Shown: positions 11,450 through 20,231 of the stretch, one piece after another
Position numbering within the stretch: the first letter of the stretch is position 1
Layout of the letters: every line of letters begins with the position of its first letter
NCBI RefSeq assembly: GCF_003367075.2
Contig: NZ_CP065936.1
Location: forward strand, 3,630,001 to 3,662,000
DNA from: Cylindrospermopsis raciborskii Cr2010
Lineage (GTDB): Bacteria; Cyanobacteriota; Cyanobacteriia; Cyanobacteriales; Nostocaceae
Reading direction: 5' to 3'
Length of the DNA: 32,000 bases
The notes under the pieces: model-generated
Database searches by the model: none
Told to the model about the DNA's origin: nothing
Seen by the model: the letters and a program-made list of their open reading frames with translations, nothing else
Program-made: the position numbers and the translations under genes

Positions 11450-11647
11450 AAACCCATGATTAGTTGACCACAACGCCGTTTTACCTAAGTTTATGACCTG
11501 GTTAAACCAGGTGGGAATGGCTGTTGCTTGTTTAAAGTTTCCGAGTACAAGCCCGGTTTACTGCCACAAGAACTAATTGGTTCCCTTTTCGTTAAAGACA
11601 TAGATCAAAAAACTTGAGGGCAGTCACCAACGTCGTAGTTCAACCCC
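11450..11647 (-). ncRNA. ssrS: Candidate 6S RNA (ends approximate)
   Basis: Lies in the 267-bp gap just downstream of purK on the same strand. A TATAAT box (11656..11651) sits about 5-8 nt before a G-run. A hand fold gives 6S-like architecture: a long closing stem (11645..11628 with 11478..11462), a second helix (11618..11612 with 11490..11484) and a large central bubble whose 3' strand holds a hairpin (11512..11496). An imperfect internal stem ends in an apical hairpin (11556..11541). A U-run follows at about 11455..11447. Confidence 0.55.
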
Positions 11648-11650
11648 TAT

Positions 11651-11678
11651 ATTATAACCATTAACTATTATTTGTATA
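11651..11678 (-). promoter_or_regulatory. Putative sigma70-type promoter for the candidate 6S RNA
   Basis: On the minus strand, TATACA (11678..11673), a 16-nt spacer, then TATAAT (11656..11651). Sequence pattern only. Confidence 0.35.
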
Positions 11679-11702
11679 GGGGGGGAAGAAAAAAATTTTC
11701 CC

Positions 11703-12860
11703 CTATCTATCTGCACTATTCCTAGTATACCATATAGATTCCACTTCGTAGATAATTTTCTCTATCAACTCCCGATTTAGCTCTTCTATTAATATTGTGA
11801 TATGTCCTAATTTACGTCCCAGACGGGATTCCCTTTTGCCATACCAGTGTAGATGAGAGTGGGGAATAGTTGCTAATTTTTCCCTAGTCTGGAAATACTC
11901 ATTATGTGATTCTTCATACCCTAATAGGTTGACCATGACCGCAGCTGGAACGGTTAAACTTGTGTCCCCTAAATCCATTCCCACTACAGCTCTGAGCTGT
12001 TGCTCAAATTGGGATGTTTTACAAGCATCTAGGGAAAAATGCCCAGAGTTATGAGTCCTCGGTGCAATTTCGTTGATTAAAATCTTCCCCCCAGCAGTAA
12101 TAAATAACTCAATCCCAAATACCCCCACTACTCCTAAACTGGTTAATATCTTGCGGGCGATCGCCACAATTTGGTCTTCCTGGTCAGGGGTAATATCCGC
12201 TGGGACAATGACCCTGCGACAAACCTGTTTTTCCTGTTGGGTTTCTACTACTGGGTAGGTCACAATCTCTCCCTTCACTGAACGAGCAGCAACAATTGCC
12301 AACTCTTTAGTAAAAGGAACAAATTCTTCAATGAGGAATTCAACAGGTTTCTTATCAACTTGATTGACTAAAGTAGAGAAACTAGCATGATTGTCTACAA
12401 TAAAAGTGCCCTGACCATCATAACCATGTCTTCTAGATTTAACCACTAGGGGAAACCCCAAATATTCTATTTTTGATGCCAAATCTGGGCAATTTACCCA
12501 AGGGAAAAATTGCGGCACAGGTAAATTTAAATCTCTCAAATAGCATCTTTGATGGTATTTATCCAATAAAGGAGATAAAGCGCCTAAATGGGGACGAAAA
12601 CACACACCTTGCTTCTCTAAATCAGACAAAGCATCTAAATCAACAAACTCATTTTCGAAGGTGATTAGATCCGATTTATTAGCTAATATACTCGTTGCTA
12701 CCGCATCTCCAACCGATGCTAAAACCACATCCTGAGCAATAGCTACAGCTGGATCAGTTATAGCAGGAGTCTGTACTATCAATTCCAGACCTAGGGTTTT
12801 AGCTGGTTCCCCCATCATCAAAGCTAGTTGTCCACCACCAATTATACCTATGCGCTTCAT
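11703..12860 (-). CDS. purK: N5-carboxyaminoimidazole ribonucleotide synthase
   Basis: ATP-grasp enzyme. The ATG at 12860 gives MKRIGIIGGGQLALMM, versus the track GTG at 12866. Also EIAPRTHNSGH and the C-terminal GRKLGHITIL. Its start overlaps the upstream gene's stop as ATGA. Confidence 0.9.
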   Translation of the reverse strand: MKRIGIIGGGQLALMMGEPAKTLGLELIVQTPAITDPAVAIAQDVVLASVGDAVATSILANKSDLITFENEFVDLDALSDLEKQGVCFRPHLGALSPLLDKYHQRCYLRDLNLPVPQFFPWVNCPDLASKIEYLGFPLVVKSRRHGYDGQGTFIVDNHASFSTLVNQVDKKPVEFLIEEFVPFTKELAIVAARSVKGEIVTYPVVETQQEKQVCRRVIVPADITPDQEDQIVAIARKILTSLGVVGVFGIELFITAGGKILINEIAPRTHNSGHFSLDACKTSQFEQQLRAVVGMDLGDTSLTVPAAVMVNLLGYEESHNEYFQTREKLATIPHSHLHWYGKRESRLGRKLGHITILIEELNRELIEKIIYEVESIWYTRNSADR

Positions 12861-13345
12861 CCACACCCCAAAGAATCACGAGTTTGAACATGGGTTCGAG
12901 AATTTATTCCCCTAGCACTCTTACACAAATCCCTTATTTGTCCCCTGTCTAAGATAGCTTCGCTGAAATCTGCTCCATCAATGTTGGTCTTCGCAAAGTT
13001 AGAACGCAGCAAAATTGCCTCTATAAAAATGGCATCACTTAAATCAGCATCTGTTAATTTTACCTGATCCAGCATAGCATTGGTTAAGTCCGCCCCATGT
13101 AAATTTGCTTGGGTCATCACAGAAGCACTGAAAACTGCTCCTCGCAAGTCAGCATTAGCAAAATTAGCCATCTCTAAATTAGCATTAGAGAATTCAGCAG
13201 CTTGTAAATTTTGTCCAGAAAAATTATGTCTTCCTAACTCAGCGTTGCTAAATGATAGGGGATGAGTCCAATCCACTGCTACTGCTGGCAATGTTATACA
13301 CCAGAGGATGATTGTCAACGACAATAATAAACCTAGTTGCTTCAT
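12857..13345 (-). CDS. Pentapeptide-repeat protein with N-terminal signal peptide (lumenal/periplasmic type)
   Basis: Signal-like MKQLGLLLSLTIILWCITLPAVA, then tandem A(D/N)LxG pentapeptides (ANLEMANFANADLRGAVFSASVMTQANLHGADLTNAML...). Confidence 0.85.
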   Translation of the reverse strand: MKQLGLLLSLTIILWCITLPAVAVDWTHPLSFSNAELGRHNFSGQNLQAAEFSNANLEMANFANADLRGAVFSASVMTQANLHGADLTNAMLDQVKLTDADLSDAIFIEAILLRSNFAKTNIDGADFSEAILDRGQIRDLCKSARGINSRTHVQTRDSLGCG

Positions 13346-13356
13346 CTTTTTTCGCC

Positions 13357-14172
13357 CTAATAAACACCCAGTTCCCGCGAGCGTTCAGCCGCAGTTTTAA
13401 CAGCTTCCATTAAAGCAGAACGAAAACCAGCCCTCTCTAATTCCCTCACCCCAGCAATGGTTGTTCCCCCTGGACTGGTTACCTGGTCTTTCAATTCTGC
13501 TGGATGTATATTAGTTTCTGCAATTAGTTTTGCTGTCCCCAACACCGTATGTAGAGCTAATTGTTTAGCCACTGCTCTAGGTAAACCGGATGCTACTCCT
13601 CCATCAGCCAATGCTTCTATCATTAATGCTACATAGGCAGGACCACTCCCAGATAAACCAGTCACAGCGTCCATGAGGCTTTCAGACACTTCTACCACCT
13701 CCCCCACAGCTTGAAAAATTCTTGTAGCTATGTGGTGATGAGTAGGTTGGATGTGCCCTCCACAACAAATAGCAGTCATCCCCGCACCCACCGTCGCTGG
13801 TGTATTTGGCATGGCACGAACTATAGACACTCCAGGAAAGGAGTTCTCCAATTGTTTTAAGGACACCCCAGCTAGAATAGAAATCATTAATGGAGAAGGT
13901 TCTATGGGCAACATATCAACCACTTCCTCAACCACAGCAGAAAGGATTTGAGGTTTGACAGCCAAAATCACTGCTTCTTTCACTTGAGACCACATCTGAC
14001 CATTGTCATTGGTTACAGACACCCCATACCTTTGGTGCAAAAAACTCCTTCGAGCTTCCTGAGGTTCACTAACGATTACTTCTGATACTTGGTAAATTTC
14101 CCTGGCCAGGAGACGGGATAAAATGGCTTCTCCCATCACCCCGCCCCCAATTAAACCCAATTTAATAGTCAT
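13357..14172 (-). CDS. proC: Pyrroline-5-carboxylate reductase
   Basis: N-terminal Rossmann motif LGLIGGGVMGEAI and the C-terminal VTSPGGTTIAG motif. Confidence 0.95.
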   Translation of the reverse strand: MTIKLGLIGGGVMGEAILSRLLAREIYQVSEVIVSEPQEARRSFLHQRYGVSVTNDNGQMWSQVKEAVILAVKPQILSAVVEEVVDMLPIEPSPLMISILAGVSLKQLENSFPGVSIVRAMPNTPATVGAGMTAICCGGHIQPTHHHIATRIFQAVGEVVEVSESLMDAVTGLSGSGPAYVALMIEALADGGVASGLPRAVAKQLALHTVLGTAKLIAETNIHPAELKDQVTSPGGTTIAGVRELERAGFRSALMEAVKTAAERSRELGVY

Positions 14173-14202
14173 TTAGTGATTAGTCGTCCATTGGTTTAGT
14201 CT

Positions 14203-14784
14203 TTATTGTACCATACGATTGGGCTCACTTCCCCAATTACCGGTGTTCCGAACCGGGCGTACTGGAGGTTGGGGAACTTCATGCAAAAATCCCCCTTGGG
14301 TACTAACTTGTACACAACTAGGAGTAAATAAGAATATACTTTCACCTATTCTTTCTTGATGACCATCTAAAGCGTAAGTACCACCAGCAATAAAGTCCAC
14401 AGCCCTTTGAGCTTGATCTGGATCCATAATTGTTAGGTTCAACACTAAAGACTTGCGCTCTCGCAATGCTTGAATCGCTTGAGGCATTTCCTCAAAAGTG
14501 CGGGGTTCTAAAACCAAAACCTCTGAAATTCCATTAATCGCACCTGGCATACCAATCACATTAGTCATATGTTTTGATCCTGCTACTTCTTCTTGGTTTA
14601 CTGTTGGGGGGGTTTCTCGCCACCTTCTATTGCTAGTGGTGGTTTCCTGTGGAGCTGGCTGAGGATTTTCTGGTTGATAACCCGGTTGATAGTTATCATT
14701 ATCCTGCTCCTCCTCGTAGTACTCATATTCTACTGGCTCATTCAAGCCCACAAAATCTCTGAGTTTAGAAAATATGTTGTTCAT
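14203..14784 (-). CDS. sepF: Cell division protein SepF
   Basis: N-terminal amphipathic [14 protein letters not shown], a P/Q-rich linker, and a C-terminal SepF core ([29 protein letters not shown]...[14 protein letters not shown]). Confidence 0.9.
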   Translation of the reverse strand: MNNIFSKLRDFVGLNEPVEYEYYEEEQDNDNYQPGYQPENPQPAPQETTTSNRRWRETPPTVNQEEVAGSKHMTNVIGMPGAINGISEVLVLEPRTFEEMPQAIQALRERKSLVLNLTIMDPDQAQRAVDFIAGGTYALDGHQERIGESIFLFTPSCVQVSTQGGFLHEVPQPPVRPVRNTGNWGSEPNRMVQ

Positions 14785-15112
14785 TTTTCATGCTCCTGGA
14801 AATTACCTTAATTGATCCGATGTAAATCTAGCTGCTGTGGGCTTCGTTCCTTACTGTTGTTAGTATTTACCTGACGGATTATACTAAACAACTGCTCTTC
14901 AAAAAACTTGTTAGAAATAACGATGAAAAAAGATAGTATCCTATACATCCTTACAATAAAAAGTTATTTCATCCCAATTCTGTCCCAATGATCGAATTTG
15001 TCAAGGGGGTTAGGATACCACATATTCTAATAAATACTTACTTAATTACCAGTAGTTGGTTTTCTATTTTACATCTTTAACAGGGAAAAAGATCTCAAAC
15101 CTGAAATCAACT

Positions 15113-15781
15113 CTAAGGGCGATTCCCAAATAAAATTGTCCCCAGTCTCACCATGGTAGCACCAGCTTTTACCGCCAACTCATAGTCCCCAGACATACCC
15201 ATAGATAGTTCCCTCATTTCTATATTTGCCCATTTTTGGGAGGCAATTTCTTGAGCTAGATTGTAAGTATGATTAAATACATGCAATATTTGCTCTTCCT
15301 TTAAGCCCCAGGGAGGAATTGTCATCAAACCTTGAATTTGTAAACTTTGGTATTGACTTAGGAATGGTAATTCCGCTAACAATTGGGGCACTGTCCAACC
15401 GGATTTTTGGGGGTCTGGGAGAATTTTGACCTGTAGGCAACTGTATAGATTAGTTCCCATTGTTTGAGCTATAGTGTGGAGACGCTCAGCAATGTGTAGA
15501 TTATCTACCGAATGAATCCAGGAAAATAACTCCACAGCCTTTTTAGCTTTGTTACTTTGTAAGTGACCAATAAAGTGCCAAGTAATGTCCGGTAGATCTT
15601 GCAACTCAATTTGTTTACTCGCCGCCTCTTGAATGCGACTTTCACCAAAATCACGAATACCAGCCCCATAGGCTTCCCGCATCAATTGAGTTGATACCTG
15701 CTTACTAACAGCTATTAACCTTACTGATGGGGGTAGTTGGGCGCGAATGATTGTTACGCGTTCAGCAATTGAACTTGTCAT
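15113..15781 (-). CDS. pipY: YggS/COG0325 family PLP-binding protein (PipY)
   Basis: 222 aa. Contains LIAVSKQV (PLP lysine), HFIGHLQSNK and LSMGMSGDYELA. Its start overlaps the pipX stop as ATGA at 15778..15781. Confidence 0.9.
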   Translation of the reverse strand: MTSSIAERVTIIRAQLPPSVRLIAVSKQVSTQLMREAYGAGIRDFGESRIQEAASKQIELQDLPDITWHFIGHLQSNKAKKAVELFSWIHSVDNLHIAERLHTIAQTMGTNLYSCLQVKILPDPQKSGWTVPQLLAELPFLSQYQSLQIQGLMTIPPWGLKEEQILHVFNHTYNLAQEIASQKWANIEMRELSMGMSGDYELAVKAGATMVRLGTILFGNRP

Positions 15782-16056
15782 TGGAATGTACGCTGGAAAA
15801 CTCCTTGAAGCTGATCATACTCCTGTGGTTTACCACTGCGACGTAAACTACGTAAACGATTTTCTAGCATCATTCTGGCTTCAGTCCTACCAATGGACTG
15901 AAATTTCATCCCCTTAACGTCACTGGTTACCAAAAAAAATAGGCGTTGGGCATATAGTGTAGTAAATAGCTCTTGGTTATCATCAAGGGTGGAGATCTTA
16001 TAGAGTAAACCCCATGTGGGATGATTGATGTAGGTTTCTGAGTGCTCTGGATTCAT
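15778..16056 (-). CDS. pipX: PII-interaction protein X
   Basis: 92 aa. ETYINHPTWGLLYKI...LYAQRLFFLV...ARMMLENRLRSLRR matches the PipX Tudor-like domain plus C-terminal helices. The gene is co-oriented and overlapping with pipY, as described for cyanobacteria. Confidence 0.9.
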   Translation of the reverse strand: MNPEHSETYINHPTWGLLYKISTLDDNQELFTTLYAQRLFFLVTSDVKGMKFQSIGRTEARMMLENRLRSLRRSGKPQEYDQLQGVFQRTFQ

Positions 16057-16273
16057 TTAATAATCGTCAAATTTGGGAGTATATATTCTTTTTTCGGGTC
16101 TCACACAATCATTCCGATGATAATAAATATCCCTCGACCAGAATTTTTTTTGGCTGATTATGTGAACTTCCTGTTCCATGAGTTTGTCTCTATCTTGCCA
16201 TAATTATGGTCTCATGACACAAATACAAATATAGATTATAATTTGGTGTCGCACACTTTGCTTAACTCTTCTT

Positions 16274-16507
16274 ATGATTAAAAGTCCTTTACACGAACAA
16301 CCACGTAATCAACGAGCTACCGTAATTCGTACAAGCAATGAATTTATTCTCTTGGAATGGTTAAAGTCTACAGGGCGTTTGATGGCACGCGATAATGTGG
16401 AGACTGACCTGACCAGTGAGGTGGAAGAAGAAATTGCTGAAATTATTGATCTGGATGATTTAGTCTATGATAATGATGATGAACCAGGTTCCGACTTGGA
16501 AGAATAA
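16274..16507 (+). CDS. Small acidic protein, DUF3134-like
   Basis: 77 aa. PLHEQPRNQRATVI...LEWLKSTGRLMAR followed by a D/E-rich tail. The family assignment is from memory only. Confidence 0.45.
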   Translation: MIKSPLHEQPRNQRATVIRTSNEFILLEWLKSTGRLMARDNVETDLTSEVEEEIAEIIDLDDLVYDNDDEPGSDLEE

Positions 16508-16537
16508 TACGCTGTTATCAATATCATCTCTCGGGGA

Positions 16538-17266
16538 ATGAATCAAGAAAATAGTACGGTTGTAGCAACTCTCTATAAATTTGTCAGTTTACCGGATTAT
16601 CAACAACTACAAGCACCTCTATTGTCTTTTTGCCAGGAGCATGCTGTCAAAGGAACAATTCTATTGGCAACTGAAGGAATTAATGGCACAATAGCTGGTT
16701 CTCGTGGTGGAATTGACCGGGTTTTAGCATTTCTTCGTCATGATGGGAGGTTGATGGATCTGGAGCATAAGGAATCATACACTCATACCCCCCCTTTCCG
16801 GAGGATGAAGGTCCGTCTGAAGCGAGAAATTGTTACCCTGGGAATACCAGAGGTGGATCCTAATCAACGGGTGGGAAAGTACGTCAGTCCTCAAGAATGG
16901 AATGCTTTACTTCTGAACCCCAATGTTACGGTGGTTGATACTCGTAATGATTATGAGGTCAGCATTGGCACTTTTAAGAGATCATGTAATCCCCATACCC
17001 GTATCTTTAGAGAATTCCCCGATTATGTAAGCAAGAACTTGCACCCAGATAAGAATCAGAAAATCGCTTTATTTTGTACAGGTGGTATTCGCTGTGAAAA
17101 AGCATCATCCTATCTGCTATCACAAGGCTTTCAAGAGGTTTACCACCTCAAGGGAGGGATATTGAAGTATCTAGAGGAGGTAACCGGGGAGGAAAGTTTA
17201 TGGGAAGGAGAGTGTTTTGTCTTTGATGACCGAGGTGTGGTGAATGGGACTATGGAAGAATGCTAA
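16538..17266 (+). CDS. trhO: Rhodanese-domain protein of the UPF0176/YceA family (tRNA uridine-34 hydroxylase TrhO-like)
   Basis: N-terminal [13 protein letters not shown]...[16 protein letters not shown] and the rhodanese active-site loop [12 protein letters not shown]. The gene ends 7 nt inside the next gene. Confidence 0.8.
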   Translation: MNQENSTVVATLYKFVSLPDYQQLQAPLLSFCQEHAVKGTILLATEGINGTIAGSRGGIDRVLAFLRHDGRLMDLEHKESYTHTPPFRRMKVRLKREIVTLGIPEVDPNQRVGKYVSPQEWNALLLNPNVTVVDTRNDYEVSIGTFKRSCNPHTRIFREFPDYVSKNLHPDKNQKIALFCTGGIRCEKASSYLLSQGFQEVYHLKGGILKYLEEVTGEESLWEGECFVFDDRGVVNGTMEEC

Positions 17267-17892
17267 CCGCCTTTACCACCAGCTTAATACTAATTACAAT
17301 TTCTGAACTGGGCGATAAAACCTTCTTTATTGCCGTTATTCTGTCTATGCAGCACTCAAAAAAACTGGTGTTTGCAGGTGTGACCTTAGCCTTAATGGCA
17401 ATGACAATCTTATCTGTGCTATTTGGCCAAGTCTTGTCCAGTATAACGCAAGATTCCCAAATATATGTACGTTATGGGGAAATAGTCTTATTCATCGCCT
17501 TTGGTTTGAAACTACTCTATGATGCTGGCAAAATGAAACCTACGGAAAATCAGGAGGTAATGGAAGAAGCTAGAGAAGAAGTGAAAAAGTCCCAAGTTAC
17601 TAATCAGTCAACAAGTCCATGGGCAGTTTTACTCAAGTCCTTTGTATTAACTTTTATAGCTGAATGGGGCGATCGCACACAAATAGCCACGATAGCGTTA
17701 GCAGCAGGTAATAATGCTATAGGTGTAACGGGGGGAGCAATATTGGGACATGCAATATGCGCCCTCATAGCGGTTATAGGTGGGGGAGTAATAGCGGGGA
17801 GAATTTCGGAAAAACAGATTACCCTGATAGGCGGCATTTTATTCATTATTTTTGGTATTATAGCCGCCATAGAGCTAAAAACCGGAGGTTAA
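17260..17892 (+). CDS. mnx: UPF0016/GDT1/TMEM165-family cation transporter (cyanobacterial Mnx/PAM71-type Mn exporter family)
   Basis: Two copies of the family signature E-x-G-D-(K/R)-T: [10 protein letters not shown] and [10 protein letters not shown]. About six TM segments. Confidence 0.85.
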   Translation: MLTAFTTSLILITISELGDKTFFIAVILSMQHSKKLVFAGVTLALMAMTILSVLFGQVLSSITQDSQIYVRYGEIVLFIAFGLKLLYDAGKMKPTENQEVMEEAREEVKKSQVTNQSTSPWAVLLKSFVLTFIAEWGDRTQIATIALAAGNNAIGVTGGAILGHAICALIAVIGGGVIAGRISEKQITLIGGILFIIFGIIAAIELKTGG

Positions 17893-18678
17893 GTTTTTAA
17901 TCTCATCCTTGTATTGAGCGGGAGCCAGAGTCAGAGCACTGTCAAACAAGGGTTTTGCCTCATTAATTTTACCCTGCTCTTTCAAGAGAATTGCCTTTGC
18001 TAAAACGGGGCGAAAATCCTGGGGATATTGTTTCATCACCTCCTCATATAAAGATATTGCTTGATCAGGGTTTTTTTGAGAAGAATATACCCTACCTAAA
18101 AGTAATTGTATAGCTATAATGTCAAAACTTCCTGGTTGAACAGAATTAGACTTTTCAGCATTGGATATGGTTTCTTTAAGAAACTGAATAGCTACTTCTG
18201 GACGTTTCTGGTCTAGTTCTAATTTAACTAGACCTTGTAGTGACTGGATGTTACCAGGCTGGGTCTGGAGAATAGAGCGATAAATTTGGCTTGCTTCCTG
18301 TGTATTTCCTATTTGTTGGGTTGCCTGTGCTAGTAAAACCTTATATTCCAAATTATCTGGATTTAATCGACTCAACTTTTGTAGAGTTTCAATCACCCCT
18401 TGAATATCAGCAGGTTGAACCTCACTATTGGGCTTTTGACTGAGAATTTGCAACCTAACCTGTAATAACTGCTTGAGAACAGTTTGATTTTCCGGTTCCC
18501 GCTGTAAAACCAGTTCATAGCCACGAATTTGGTCTGCTAACCGGGGATTTTCTGGGGAATTTTGGGGACGTGGAGCATTGAGAGTTCCCAAAATAGGTAT
18601 GATGGACACACCAATAAACGCTGCAACTGCCAGCAGCAAGACTATCTGAATTAGCCAGCGATTACCTTGTTTTGACAC
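17875..18678 (-). CDS. Membrane-anchored tetratricopeptide-repeat protein
   Basis: GTG start. N-terminal TM segment (WLIQIVLLLAVAAFIGVSIIPIL) followed by TPR-like helices. Its 3' end overlaps the convergent mnx gene by 18 nt. Confidence 0.7.
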   Translation of the reverse strand: MSKQGNRWLIQIVLLLAVAAFIGVSIIPILGTLNAPRPQNSPENPRLADQIRGYELVLQREPENQTVLKQLLQVRLQILSQKPNSEVQPADIQGVIETLQKLSRLNPDNLEYKVLLAQATQQIGNTQEASQIYRSILQTQPGNIQSLQGLVKLELDQKRPEVAIQFLKETISNAEKSNSVQPGSFDIIAIQLLLGRVYSSQKNPDQAISLYEEVMKQYPQDFRPVLAKAILLKEQGKINEAKPLFDSALTLAPAQYKDEIKNLTSGF

Positions 18679-19216
18679 TACTTTACCTGTGTTGTACTTG
18701 AATAAATAAGCCCCTTAGAAGGGAATAAAGTTAATACTTTGTAAAACTTAGCGGAATAGGTGATTTAACTGTGAATTTTATGACCAAAGACCATCAGGAG
18801 TATCTAAACTTTTAAAGTAGACGGTTATAGCTTTGTCCATAAATTAGGTGACAGTTGTAGGATCATCAGCATAATTGTAGCCATGGAGTGATAACTGAGC
18901 AAACTAATGATTGGTGGATAATTCCTCACTCACCCCAGAATGTGAGTTATAACCTAGTTAAATCAGGAATTTAGCATTTGCGAATTGGAACTAAGAAATT
19001 AGTACCAGTCAAAATCTTCCCTAATTGAGATTGAGAATTATCAAGAATCAGCTAGGAATTAATTTGACCCATTCATTCTGCAAATGATACATTTCAAAGC
19101 CTAACCTGCAATGGCTAAATTCAAAGCAAGTATACCTTTCTTTTATTAGCCGTGCAACTTCCACACACTTTTGTTCAGTCCCACCATGGGACCTATCTCC
19201 GATCTAAGGAGTTTTT

Positions 19217-20224
19217 ATGAATTCCGACCTGATACCGTCTTTCGAATCTGCCAGTATTACCGCCTCTAGTCAGGCTTCAGCCAAAATTGACTTAACAGGC
19301 AAATTACCTGTTAAATCACCACAAACCAAACCTGATAATTTATCCGTCAAAGTCCAAGATGGGGAAAGTCTTGAGAAGCTTAGGAACCGTCAACAACCAA
19401 TTCCTCCTGCTAGCGAACTAATGCAATACAGGGCGATTGGTTTGATTCGGGGTAGCTACTCCCCTAGCAGCGAACAGTTCACCCAGGGCACCCTGATTAC
19501 AACTGATGGTGTGCAGTTAAATGCTGTTCTGCTGGGTCGAGTTATGAGCTTAGTCAAAAAGCATCTGGATTTACAAAAAGAACACCTGTGGGTAGTTTAT
19601 CCCCGTACCAGACAAGAAAATGAATCTCTACATATTCAAATTGTAGGGGTTTGGGAACCGGAAAATCTTGCTAAACAGTCCACAGATGGACCTTCCTTGT
19701 CTGGGGAAACATCAGAACCAGTTGCAACTAATAGAAAATCCTCTCGTCAAAACACTACGGAAAGTACATCAGCTTTAAAAACCTCAGATCAAATTCCTGA
19801 TGGTGAATTTTCCGTTCGTGGAGAGGTAGTTTACCAATCTTTCGAGACCAGGAGTTTGGTAGTAAAAATCAAACAAGCTCCACGGAAACCAACGGAAAAA
19901 CCCAAATATTTTAAGTTGAAACTTCACGGTGTGCTGGCCATGAAAGCAATAGGTAAATTTTGGGACTTTAAAGTCAAGCGTGAAACTGATGGGTTAGTGG
20001 TGGAAACTGCGGAAGCAGTTGCTGATTTGCCCAAAAAACGCAAACCAACTTTTAGAGGTGGACCCCGTCCTGGTGTTACCAGGAAACCATTTGTTAAAAA
20101 TCCCGGAGAAAATGCTCGACCCATTACAAGAATGGATGGAGATGGTTCTTACTCCTCGAAACCCTTACCAAAACCATCTATCACTAAACCAGTGAAAAAG
20201 CTAAAACCCCAAGACAACCATTAA
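19217..20224 (+). CDS. Hypothetical protein: two structured-looking blocks, an S/T/E-rich linker and a K/R/P-rich basic tail
   Basis: 335-aa ORF with a strong SD (AAGGAG) 7 nt upstream of the ATG. I recognise no family. Confidence 0.6.
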   Translation: MNSDLIPSFESASITASSQASAKIDLTGKLPVKSPQTKPDNLSVKVQDGESLEKLRNRQQPIPPASELMQYRAIGLIRGSYSPSSEQFTQGTLITTDGVQLNAVLLGRVMSLVKKHLDLQKEHLWVVYPRTRQENESLHIQIVGVWEPENLAKQSTDGPSLSGETSEPVATNRKSSRQNTTESTSALKTSDQIPDGEFSVRGEVVYQSFETRSLVVKIKQAPRKPTEKPKYFKLKLHGVLAMKAIGKFWDFKVKRETDGLVVETAEAVADLPKKRKPTFRGGPRPGVTRKPFVKNPGENARPITRMDGDGSYSSKPLPKPSITKPVKKLKPQDNH

Positions 20225-20231
20225 AGTTGGG

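Noticed and set aside
11682-11703. G-run/A-T-run/C-run palindromes (GGGGAA-N10-TTCCCC here, and GGGAAAATTTTTTCCC at 28560..28575) as a repeated element family
   Set aside because: There are only two loosely similar instances. The first is adequately explained as a weak hairpin overlapping the purK stop, and the second has essentially no loop. Evidence for a repeat family is insufficient.
16508-17266. Mn (yybP-ykoY) riboswitch controlling the UPF0016 transporter, and possible C-terminal truncation of TrhO
   Set aside because: mnx overlaps trhO and only 30 nt precede trhO, so a riboswitch has no room. TrhO at 242 aa ends soon after CFVFDDR and lacks a long Cys-rich tail, but short family members exist. 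I cannot establish truncation without an alignment, and no frameshifted continuation is visible.
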